The notes under the pieces were generated by a model, which was not told the DNA's origin, did no database searches, and saw only the letters and a list, made by a program, of their open reading frames with translations. Shown here one piece after another: positions 9,787 through 17,941 of a stretch of 64,000 nt of DNA. Origin of the DNA: Spirochaetia bacterium (GTDB taxonomy: Bacteria; Spirochaetota; Spirochaetia; DSM-2461); NCBI GenBank assembly GCA_963668315.1, contig OY764216.1, positions 1,600,001 through 1,664,000 of the forward strand, written 5' to 3'. The translations under genes and the position numbers were made by a program. Within the stretch, counting starts at the first letter, position 1; every line of letters starts with the position of its first letter.

Positions 9787-10518
9787 ATGAATCCCATTCT
9801 GGAAAGTCTGTTCTCAAGAAAATCCGTCAGGTCCTTTACGGACAGAGCGATTGGCATGGAAGAGAAGAACCTGATACTCGAGGCCGCCCTGCAGGCTCCC
9901 ACCGCCGGAAATCAGGTGATGTACACCATCCTGGATATTCAGGACAGGGCAATCAAGGAAACCCTGGCCGAGACCTGTGATCATCAGCCCTTCATTGCCG
10001 AGGCGCCCATGGTGCTGATTTTTCTGGCCGACTGCCGCCGCTGGTACGACTGCTACCGCTATGCCGGCGCCGAGGCGAGGGAACCGGGTCCGGGGGACCT
10101 GCTCCTGGCCTGCGAAGACGCCCTCATCGCCGCGCAGAATACGGTTGTCGCCGCCGAGTCCCTGGGCATCGGTTCCTGTTATATCGGGGATATTATGGAG
10201 AACCGGGAGAGACACAGGGAGCTTCTGAATCTGGATGACTATGTTTATCCCGCGGCTATGCTGGTTTACGGCTACCCCACGGAGCAGCAGATAAACCGCA
10301 GCAAGCCGGTCCGTTTCAATAAGGACTATATCGTGCGGAAAGACCGCTACTCTTCCCTGTCGGAAAAGGAGGCCCGTGACATGTTCGCCGAACAGCGTGG
10401 CAAGGATGATTTCGACGAATTCATCAACGCCTTCTGCCGGAGAAAATACATGTCCGATTTCTCCCGGGAGATGAACCGGTCCGCCGCTGATTATCTGAAA
10501 ATTTTCACAAAAGAATAA
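9787..10518 (+). CDS. Nitroreductase family (NfsA/FRP-like) flavoprotein
   Basis: RKSVRSF, APTAGNQ, DALIAAQNTVVAAESLGIGSCYIG. Confidence 0.9.
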   Translation: MNPILESLFSRKSVRSFTDRAIGMEEKNLILEAALQAPTAGNQVMYTILDIQDRAIKETLAETCDHQPFIAEAPMVLIFLADCRRWYDCYRYAGAEAREPGPGDLLLACEDALIAAQNTVVAAESLGIGSCYIGDIMENRERHRELLNLDDYVYPAAMLVYGYPTEQQINRSKPVRFNKDYIVRKDRYSSLSEKEARDMFAEQRGKDDFDEFINAFCRRKYMSDFSREMNRSAADYLKIFTKE

Positions 10519-11137
10519 AGGCTGCCGATGAAGCAGTCAGCAATCCCAGAAGAAGGTTGACCGGCTTGCCCCATTTGCCCGTCCCGAATTTCCCCAGGGC
10601 CGTGCCAAGGGCCGCCCAGAGCGAGATGGAGAGAGGGGCTATGAGGGCGAAGGTCAGGAATATAATCATGACTGACAAGGGGTAGTCCCCGCCGGGAAGG
10701 GAGTAGACCGATACGGCCGACAGAGTCGTTATGTAAACCTTGGGATTCAGGTACTGAAACAGAAATCCCTCGGAAAAACGGGGCTTCCCGCCGGAAAGGG
10801 ACTCAGGGGAAGACGGACGTCCCGGGGTGTTCTCCTTCCCCTTGTCCTCCTTTTTGATTACCGAGAGCAGGATCTTCCCTGCCAGGTAGAGAATATAGGA
10901 CGCTCCCGCCAGTTTCAGACCCTTCTGGAGAAGGGGAAATTCCTCGAAAAGCCAGCCGAGGCCCAGTGCGCTCAGACAGATCAGGCTTAGTATTCCCGCC
11001 ACGACACCAAGGAGAAAGGGCAGTGTCTTCCGGTAACCGTGGCGGGCGCCCAGCAGAGTCAGGAGCATGTTGTTGGGGCCGGGTGTGGCGGTCATGATGA
11101 CGGTAAAGATGAGAAAGGGAAAATAGTTCATATCCAT
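10505..11137 (-). CDS. LysE/RhtB family amino-acid exporter
   Basis: TPGPNN, GASYILYLA and FQYLNPK motifs. GGAGG RBS before ATG 11137. Confidence 0.9.
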   Translation of the reverse strand: MDMNYFPFLIFTVIMTATPGPNNMLLTLLGARHGYRKTLPFLLGVVAGILSLICLSALGLGWLFEEFPLLQKGLKLAGASYILYLAGKILLSVIKKEDKGKENTPGRPSSPESLSGGKPRFSEGFLFQYLNPKVYITTLSAVSVYSLPGGDYPLSVMIIFLTFALIAPLSISLWAALGTALGKFGTGKWGKPVNLLLGLLTASSAAFILL

Positions 11138-11174
11138 GGGAATTACCTCCGGATTTATTGTAGATAGGCCGAGG

Positions 11175-11224
11175 TAACCATAACAGATACAAATTATTGA
11201 TTTTATAACCATAACAGTTTATGG
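11175..11224. promoter_or_regulatory. Probable MocR operator: direct repeats plus inverted half-site
   Basis: TAACCATAACAG at 11175-11186 and 11206-11217. The second copy forms the dyad CCATAA-N4-TTATGG. Lies between divergent lysE and mocR. Confidence 0.7.
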
Positions 11225-11231
11225 TGGATCA

Positions 11232-12662
11232 ATGGAAAACCGTTTTCGCTATGAGCAGATATCCGATCATATCGTTGAAGCCGTTGAGCGGGGAAATCTT
11301 TCTCCCGGCAGCCGATTGCCCTCCCTGAGAAAAATGAGTGAGCGCTGGGATTGCGCCCTCTCGGTCGTCATGCAGGCCTACGGAGACCTGGAGATGAAGG
11401 GAATCATCCGGTCGGTGGAGAAATCCGGCTATTTTGTTAATTCACCGAGAGAAGCCCCCCTGGCGGAACAACAGACGGAAGCCTATCATCTCAAGCCGGA
11501 AGAGTCCCGTCCGCTGAGCATTATCGGCAAGGTGGTGGAAGCCAGTAACGACTCCTCGGTCATACCCCTGGGGGCGGGAATTCCCCACCACTCTCTGCTG
11601 CCCGTCAATGCGCTCAGACAGTCCCTCGCCCGTGCGGCAAGAGAGGAGCCCCTGCTCATCCAGAAGTATACCGATGAAGCGGGTTACCTGCCCCTGCGCC
11701 GGGAGATCGGCCAGCTGCTTTTTACCCGCGGCATCAATGCCGGCCCTGAGGATCTGATCATTACCAACGGCTGTACGGAAGCCCTTTCCCTGGCCCTGAG
11801 TGTTCTTACCGTGCCGGGGGAGCCGGTCGCCGTGGAGAGTCCCCAGTTCCTGGGTCAGGTGCAGATTCTGGGGGAACTGAAGCGCAGGGTCATACCCGTT
11901 CCCACCTCTCCGTCGGAGGGTATGGATCTGGACCGCCTGGAAGTCCTTCTCAAGGAGGGCCTGGTGAAGACGGTGATTATGACGGCGGTGCATCAGAATC
12001 CCCTGGGATTCGTCATGCCTCCCGAAAACAGGAAACGGGCTGTTTCCCTGGCCGAGAAGTACGATGCCCATATCATAGAAGACGATATGTACAGCGAATG
12101 TTCCCATGACCACGAGATCCGGCGGCCCCTTAAAAGCTACGACCGGAGCGGCCGGGTTCTCTACTGCTCCTCCTTTTCAAAGACAATCAGTCCCGGCTTC
12201 CGCATCGGGTGGCTTATGGGAGGCCCCTTCGGAAGGGCCTGCGCCAATCTCAAGATGACCCAGACCCTGGGGGGAAGTCTCCTTCTTCAGGCGGCCATGG
12301 CCGATTATCTGGGAAGGGGCACCTACGGCGGTCATCTGAAAAGGCTTCAGAGAAGCATTTTCCTCCAGTCCTGCCAGCTCAAGTCATTGATCCTGGAATC
12401 CTTCCCTTCCGGCACGACCATCTCTTCTCCCGGCGGCGGATATTACTTCTGGATACGCCTGCCCGGAAACAAGGGCGGGCTGGAGCTGTTCAGGGAAGCC
12501 CTGGACCACCGAATCGGTATCGTACCCGGGGAGGCCTTCTCCACGGGAGGCCGGTACGGCGACTGCATCAGAGTCAGTTTCGGCTCACCCGTGACCGGGG
12601 AAACCAGCCGTGCCGTCGCCCTTCTGGGACGTCTCGCCCAGGGCGGAATTTCCCCCCTCTAA
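11232..12662 (+). CDS. MocR/GabR family regulator (GntR wHTH + PLP aminotransferase domain)
   Basis: LPSLRKMS HTH, IIEDDMY, SFSKTISPGFRIGW (PLP lysine). Confidence 0.93.
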   Translation: MENRFRYEQISDHIVEAVERGNLSPGSRLPSLRKMSERWDCALSVVMQAYGDLEMKGIIRSVEKSGYFVNSPREAPLAEQQTEAYHLKPEESRPLSIIGKVVEASNDSSVIPLGAGIPHHSLLPVNALRQSLARAAREEPLLIQKYTDEAGYLPLRREIGQLLFTRGINAGPEDLIITNGCTEALSLALSVLTVPGEPVAVESPQFLGQVQILGELKRRVIPVPTSPSEGMDLDRLEVLLKEGLVKTVIMTAVHQNPLGFVMPPENRKRAVSLAEKYDAHIIEDDMYSECSHDHEIRRPLKSYDRSGRVLYCSSFSKTISPGFRIGWLMGGPFGRACANLKMTQTLGGSLLLQAAMADYLGRGTYGGHLKRLQRSIFLQSCQLKSLILESFPSGTTISSPGGGYYFWIRLPGNKGGLELFREALDHRIGIVPGEAFSTGGRYGDCIRVSFGSPVTGETSRAVALLGRLAQGGISPL

Positions 12663-12738
12663 TTTTAAACTTTCATTTGCTATCGTCCGGAATATGACTT
12701 ATATTTGAAATAGTTTCCCGACAGATAAGAAGGTACGA

Positions 12739-14355
12739 ATGGGCAGGGGTCGTAATAAAGAGGGTATCGATACGGAACAACTTGATGGCTATATGGCTGA
12801 ATTGGAAGAAGCCCGGCGTGATCTGGAAAACCGTGAGGAAAATCTTCGCCGAACTATTAACCTCATCGGCTATGCCGTCATCTACGGAGACGGGGAAGGC
12901 CGGATAACCGGAATGAACCACATTGCCCAGTCCCTCGTGGAAGCCCTCCCCGACGAGTGCGAAGGAAAGGCCCTGGACGAGGTGCTCACCTTCTATTCCC
13001 AGCCTGCGGGATTGAAAATCCCCGGTCCTTTTTCCCGTGTCCTTGAAACAGGCCAGGTGCTGATTGCCGATGAGACCGTGCTCCTGACCAACGGAAAGGG
13101 ACGGGAGTATCATATCGAATACTCCGCCGCTCCCAACAAATACAACGAAAATGATGAGATTGAGGGCATGGTTCTTGTCGTTCGGGATATAACGGAACAG
13201 TACCGCCGCCATGAGCAGATAGGCCAGATCCAGAAAATGGATGTGGTAGGTCAGCTGGCGGGAGGGATCGCCCATGACTTCAACAACATGCTGGGAGGAA
13301 TTCTGGGAGCCGCCGAGCTTCTCCAGAAAAGGATAGGCGACGATGAGAAAAGCCGGGAGTACTGCGAGATCATAATAAACGCCACGGGACGTGCCGCCGA
13401 GCTGACCCAGGAGCTGGTCTCCTTTGCCACACAGCAGCGCTCCTCATCCTCCCACCTGGATATTCACAGAACCGTGGAGGATGCCGTCAAGATACTCAAG
13501 GGGACGATAGATCCCCGGGTGGAGATCAAGCTGGATTTCAAGGCCGACCGCTCTGTCGTGGAGGGAAATCCGTCACAGCTTCAGAACGTCATCGTCAATC
13601 TGGGAACGAACGCCTATCATGCCATGCCGGCGGGAGGAACTTTCACCATATCCACGTCCCTCGTTGAACTGAACGGAAACGAATCGGAGGAAAATACTTT
13701 CTCCCTGAATCCCGGGACCTATATCGCCCTGGACTTTACCGACACGGGCTGCGGAATCCCCCCCCATCTGCTATCCAAGATCTTCGAACCCTTCTTCACC
13801 ACCAAGGACAAGATAAAGGGAACCGGCCTGGGTTTGGCCGCCGCCTACGGCATAATCAAGCATCACGGGGGAGCCATTGATGTGAAGAGCCACGTGGGAA
13901 AGGGAACAACCTTCCGCATCCTGCTGCCCCTGGAAAGCCGCGGTACGGCGGAGTCGGGCATACCCTCTTCCGATCTGATTCACGGGAAAGGGCATATTCT
14001 TGTCGTTGATGACGAGTTCATCATGAGAATGACCGCCAAAAACATACTGGAAGAGCTGGGATACGAGGTCACTCTGGTGGAGAACGGCCGAGACGCCGTC
14101 AATCTCTTCAGCGCCTACGGGGATAATTTTGATCTGGTTCTGCTTGATATGATTATGCCCATCATGGACGGAAAAGACTGTTTCGACAGGCTGATAGATA
14201 TCAAGCCGGAGGTCAAAGTCATACTTTCCACCGGTCTGACCGGCGGGGGAGTCATAGACGAGATGAAGCAGAAAGGGCTGAAGGGATTCATCAGCAAGCC
14301 CTATTTGAGCTATGAACTGAGTCAGGTCGTTCATAAGGTCATAACGGGTAAATAA
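12739..14355 (+). CDS. Cytoplasmic PAS hybrid histidine kinase
   Basis: PAS, GQLAGGIAHDFNNML, FEPFFTTK, GTGLGL, REC LVLLDMIMP. Confidence 0.92.
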   Translation: MGRGRNKEGIDTEQLDGYMAELEEARRDLENREENLRRTINLIGYAVIYGDGEGRITGMNHIAQSLVEALPDECEGKALDEVLTFYSQPAGLKIPGPFSRVLETGQVLIADETVLLTNGKGREYHIEYSAAPNKYNENDEIEGMVLVVRDITEQYRRHEQIGQIQKMDVVGQLAGGIAHDFNNMLGGILGAAELLQKRIGDDEKSREYCEIIINATGRAAELTQELVSFATQQRSSSSHLDIHRTVEDAVKILKGTIDPRVEIKLDFKADRSVVEGNPSQLQNVIVNLGTNAYHAMPAGGTFTISTSLVELNGNESEENTFSLNPGTYIALDFTDTGCGIPPHLLSKIFEPFFTTKDKIKGTGLGLAAAYGIIKHHGGAIDVKSHVGKGTTFRILLPLESRGTAESGIPSSDLIHGKGHILVVDDEFIMRMTAKNILEELGYEVTLVENGRDAVNLFSAYGDNFDLVLLDMIMPIMDGKDCFDRLIDIKPEVKVILSTGLTGGGVIDEMKQKGLKGFISKPYLSYELSQVVHKVITGK

Positions 14356-14396
14356 TACCCCATGGAAAAATACGGATAACATGGTATAATGTTGCT

Positions 14397-14588
14397 ATGG
14401 ATAATGTGGAAGATCTGATTGGCGGTAAAATCGGCGAAGGATTGATGAAGATGGGGGAAATGACCTCTCTTCAAGTCGATGATGTTCTGATAAGGCAGGA
14501 ACGGGGAGATAAACGGCTCTTCGGTGAGATTGCCGTGGACCTGGGCTACATCGATCTGGACACGGTTATCCGCTATCTCGAACAGTAG
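14397..14588 (+). CDS. Small stand-alone MshEN-like (putative c-di-GMP-binding) protein
   Basis: Tandem KIGEGLMKMGEMTSLQVDDVLIRQ and LFGEIAVDLGYIDLDTVIRYLEQ resemble the RLGxxLxxxGxIxxxxLxxxLxxQ repeat. Confidence 0.65.
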   Translation: MDNVEDLIGGKIGEGLMKMGEMTSLQVDDVLIRQERGDKRLFGEIAVDLGYIDLDTVIRYLEQ

Positions 14589-14594
14589 GAATAT

Positions 14595-15959
14595 ATGGCC
14601 CTTTTTGTAAATAGACTTCTCAATATGAAAAAAATCAAAGTCATCGGCTTTGATATGGATTATACGCTTGTCCGGTACCATGCGGACAAATTCGAAGAAT
14701 TGACCCACACCCTGGCTCTGAAAAAGCTTCATTCATCCTATGGATATCCGAAGGAAGTGACAAATCTCAACTTCGACTACCGACGTTCCATCGGGGGCCT
14801 TGTCATTGACAGGGGTAACGGGAACATCCTTAAGCTGAGCCGGTTCGGCAAAGTGAAAATCTCCTTCAACGGTCTGGATCAGATAGGGTTCCGGGAGCAG
14901 TCGGAACAGTACGGGGACCTGGCCGTGGATATCGGCAGTCCCCGGTTCAAGAGTCTGGATACGGCTTTTGCCATCTCCCAGGGGGTTCTTTTTTCCCAGC
15001 TGGTGCAGCTGAAGAAGGAAGGGGCGTCCCTGCCCGATTTCAACCCGCTGGCCGATGATATTCAGAGCGCCGTCAATGATGTGCATCAGGACGGTTCCCT
15101 CAAGGGGATTGTCATCTCCCAGTTTGATAAATACGTCATAGCCGATCCCAAGGTCGCCCGGATGCTTGAGCGCTACAAGAATTACGGGAAGAAGCTCATG
15201 ATCATCACCAATTCGGACTACCTCTACACGAAAAAGCTGCTGGATTATGCCCTGAATCCCTATCTGAAGGAACATACATCCTGGGAAGAGGTCTTTACCG
15301 TCGTCGTTACCCAGGCGGATAAGCCTGCCTTCTTTCAGGGGAAGACGCGTTTTTTGAAGATTATCAACGAGAAGGGCGACATGGAGAATTATCTGGGCTC
15401 CGTGGCGGAAGGTATTTATCAGGGAGGTTGGTTCGGCCAGCTCCAGCAGGATCTGGGCGTCCAGGGTGGGGAGATTCTCTATCTGGGGGATCATATCTAC
15501 GGGGACGTGGTCTCCATTAAGAAAACCTGCGGCTGGAGAACGGCTCTGGTCCTTGATGATCTGGAAGAGGAGATGAAGAGCCTTTCCGAAGCGGGCCCCC
15601 TCCAGGATGAGATAGACGGTCTGATGGAGAGGAAAAACGGTCTGGAGAAGGAGATCAACCGCATCGATCTGCTCTATCACGAAGGCAAGAAAACGGACAA
15701 GAAGAAGCTGGACGAGCTTTTTGAAGAGACGGATAAGCTGAATATGCGCATTTCGGAGCTTCTGAATACCTACAAGAACTACTTCAATCCTTTCTGGGGA
15801 GAGGTGCTCCGGGCGGGGAGCGACGAGAGCCGTTTCGCCGATCAGATGGAGAGGTATGCCTGTATCTACATGACCCGGGTGTCCGATCTTTACGATTATT
15901 CTCCCAAGACCTACTTCAGACCCCAGAGGCGTATCATGCCCCACGAGATGAAAGATTAG
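14595..15959 (+). CDS. HAD-superfamily cN-II-type (IMP/GMP) 5'-nucleotidase
   Basis: GFDMDYTL (motif I), ITNS, ADKP, YLGDHIYGD, ERYACIY. Confidence 0.9.
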   Translation: MALFVNRLLNMKKIKVIGFDMDYTLVRYHADKFEELTHTLALKKLHSSYGYPKEVTNLNFDYRRSIGGLVIDRGNGNILKLSRFGKVKISFNGLDQIGFREQSEQYGDLAVDIGSPRFKSLDTAFAISQGVLFSQLVQLKKEGASLPDFNPLADDIQSAVNDVHQDGSLKGIVISQFDKYVIADPKVARMLERYKNYGKKLMIITNSDYLYTKKLLDYALNPYLKEHTSWEEVFTVVVTQADKPAFFQGKTRFLKIINEKGDMENYLGSVAEGIYQGGWFGQLQQDLGVQGGEILYLGDHIYGDVVSIKKTCGWRTALVLDDLEEEMKSLSEAGPLQDEIDGLMERKNGLEKEINRIDLLYHEGKKTDKKKLDELFEETDKLNMRISELLNTYKNYFNPFWGEVLRAGSDESRFADQMERYACIYMTRVSDLYDYSPKTYFRPQRRIMPHEMKD

Positions 15960-16012
15960 TAAAAGCTTGTTCTCCCCGCGGCAGTAAGGTATAATGCGGG
16001 GAGGAGCCGTTC

Positions 16013-17917
16013 ATGAAGCTTAACAAAGTACCCGTTATTATTGTTATTCTCTTCTATCTGCTGATTGTGCTTCCCGTTATTCTCATCCAGTTTTTCCATC
16101 TGAGAAAGGCCGTTCTGGACGGATTGAACCGGGATCTCTACCTGGCCGCCCGGGATATGGGGCAAATACTGGATGATGATTTCTATGAGATGTGGAATAA
16201 AGACAACCCTCTGCCCCCCGGTGTGTATGAACGGATAAAGGAAGAACTCAACAGCTATGCCGATCATTTCGAGATTGAGTATGCCTATTCCATGGTCAAG
16301 GAGGGGGATACGGTCTATTTCGTGGTCAGCAACGAGACCGAAGAGGACATTCATCGGGGAACGCCCAGCCTCTTTTACAACCCCTATCCCGATCCGCCTG
16401 CCGACGTCCTCAAGGCATTTGAAACGGACGAGCCCTTTCTCAGCTCCTCCTATACGAATATATGGGACAGTTATTACTCCTTCTTTCTTCCCCGGAAAAC
16501 ATCTTCCGGGCTGACCTACGTCCTGGCGGCGGACGTCAAGCTCGATTTCAAAAGGAGCAAACTGAACAACAGCCTTGTCCTCCTGGCCGTCATGGTCTTT
16601 GTGATGCTGGCTTCCCTGCTTCCCATCTACCTCTTCTGGCTTTACCATTCCAGAAAGCAGGCCGAATCGCTCAGGGCCCAGCTGTTCACGGACAGGCTGA
16701 CGGGACTTCCCAACCGGGCCCGGTTCATGGAGGACTACGCCGGTTCGGGGGAGAGGCCGCTTTCCGCCGTTATGCTGGATATCGATTCTTTCAGCGATGT
16801 AAATAATCTCTTCGGCGGTTATGTGGGCGATATGGCCCTGGAATACGCGAGAGAGGTGATTCAGGACTGTGTAAAGGGAGCCTATCCCCTGTACAAGTTT
16901 CCCGCCGATGAGTATGTCCTTGTTCTCGAGGGGGTTTCCCGGCAGGAGGCGATCGGGCTGACGGAGCATATTATCTCCTCTTTTCGGAGGAGGAGCTTTA
17001 TAACCGAAGGACAGGGACTCTGCCTGAGCATGCGGGGGGGGATCAGCCTGGATTCTTCATCGAGAAAGGCTCTGCTCTCCTCCATGAATATAGCGAAGAA
17101 TCTGGCGAAGTATGAATACAGTGGCTATGTCGTCTACGAGGATTCCATGGACAGGGAGGAGTCGTATTCGAAGAATTTCTTCTGGCTGAACAGTCTTAAG
17201 GAAGCCCTTGAAGAGGATCGTATCGTTCCTTTCTATCAGCCCATTCAGGATAATGTCTCCGGGGAGATCAGCCGTTATGAGGCTCTGGTGCGCATGCTGG
17301 ACCGGGAGGGCCGCCCCATTCCCCCCAGCGATTTTCTTTCCGTGGCCATGAGAAGCAAACTTTACAGGGAACTGACAGAGGTCATGGTACGCAAGTCCCT
17401 GAGTGACTTCGCTCACAGGCCGGGACTTCTCTCCCTGAACTTTTCCACCCGTGATCTCCTGGATGAAGGGACCATGGACTACCTCTATTCCCAGGTCGAA
17501 GAGAAAAACATGAAGGGACGGGTGATTCTGGAGCTTCTCGAATCGGAATCGCTTTTTGATATTCCCGACTTATCGGAAAGACTGGAAAAATGCCGTGACA
17601 GGGGCGTTCTGATTGCCATCGATGATTTCGGCAGCGGTTATTCCAATTTCAGCTATCTGTCCAAAATCCCCCTCCATCTTCTGAAGATAGACGGTTCCCT
17701 TATCCGCGGGCTTCTCGCGGACAGTTTTTCCGAGGCGGTTGTTACGGCGATCGCCGCCTTTTCAAGGGATCTGAAAATCCCCCTGGTAGCGGAATATGTG
17801 GAGGACGAGGTTACCCGGCAGAAGCTTTCGGCCATGGGCATCGCCTATTCCCAGGGGTACCATATCGGCCGCCCGGTTCCTGCGGAGGAGCTTTCACGTC
17901 CGAAGGTTTCTCACTGA
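16013..17917 (+). CDS. Membrane c-di-GMP phosphodiesterase (periplasmic sensor, degenerate GGDEF, EAL)
   Basis: Two TM helices. GGDEF site reads PADEY; YEALVR and DDFGSGYS are intact. Confidence 0.9.
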   Translation: MKLNKVPVIIVILFYLLIVLPVILIQFFHLRKAVLDGLNRDLYLAARDMGQILDDDFYEMWNKDNPLPPGVYERIKEELNSYADHFEIEYAYSMVKEGDTVYFVVSNETEEDIHRGTPSLFYNPYPDPPADVLKAFETDEPFLSSSYTNIWDSYYSFFLPRKTSSGLTYVLAADVKLDFKRSKLNNSLVLLAVMVFVMLASLLPIYLFWLYHSRKQAESLRAQLFTDRLTGLPNRARFMEDYAGSGERPLSAVMLDIDSFSDVNNLFGGYVGDMALEYAREVIQDCVKGAYPLYKFPADEYVLVLEGVSRQEAIGLTEHIISSFRRRSFITEGQGLCLSMRGGISLDSSSRKALLSSMNIAKNLAKYEYSGYVVYEDSMDREESYSKNFFWLNSLKEALEEDRIVPFYQPIQDNVSGEISRYEALVRMLDREGRPIPPSDFLSVAMRSKLYRELTEVMVRKSLSDFAHRPGLLSLNFSTRDLLDEGTMDYLYSQVEEKNMKGRVILELLESESLFDIPDLSERLEKCRDRGVLIAIDDFGSGYSNFSYLSKIPLHLLKIDGSLIRGLLADSFSEAVVTAIAAFSRDLKIPLVAEYVEDEVTRQKLSAMGIAYSQGYHIGRPVPAEELSRPKVSH

Positions 17918-17941
17918 CCGGTAGGGACAGTTTTCCCCCTG

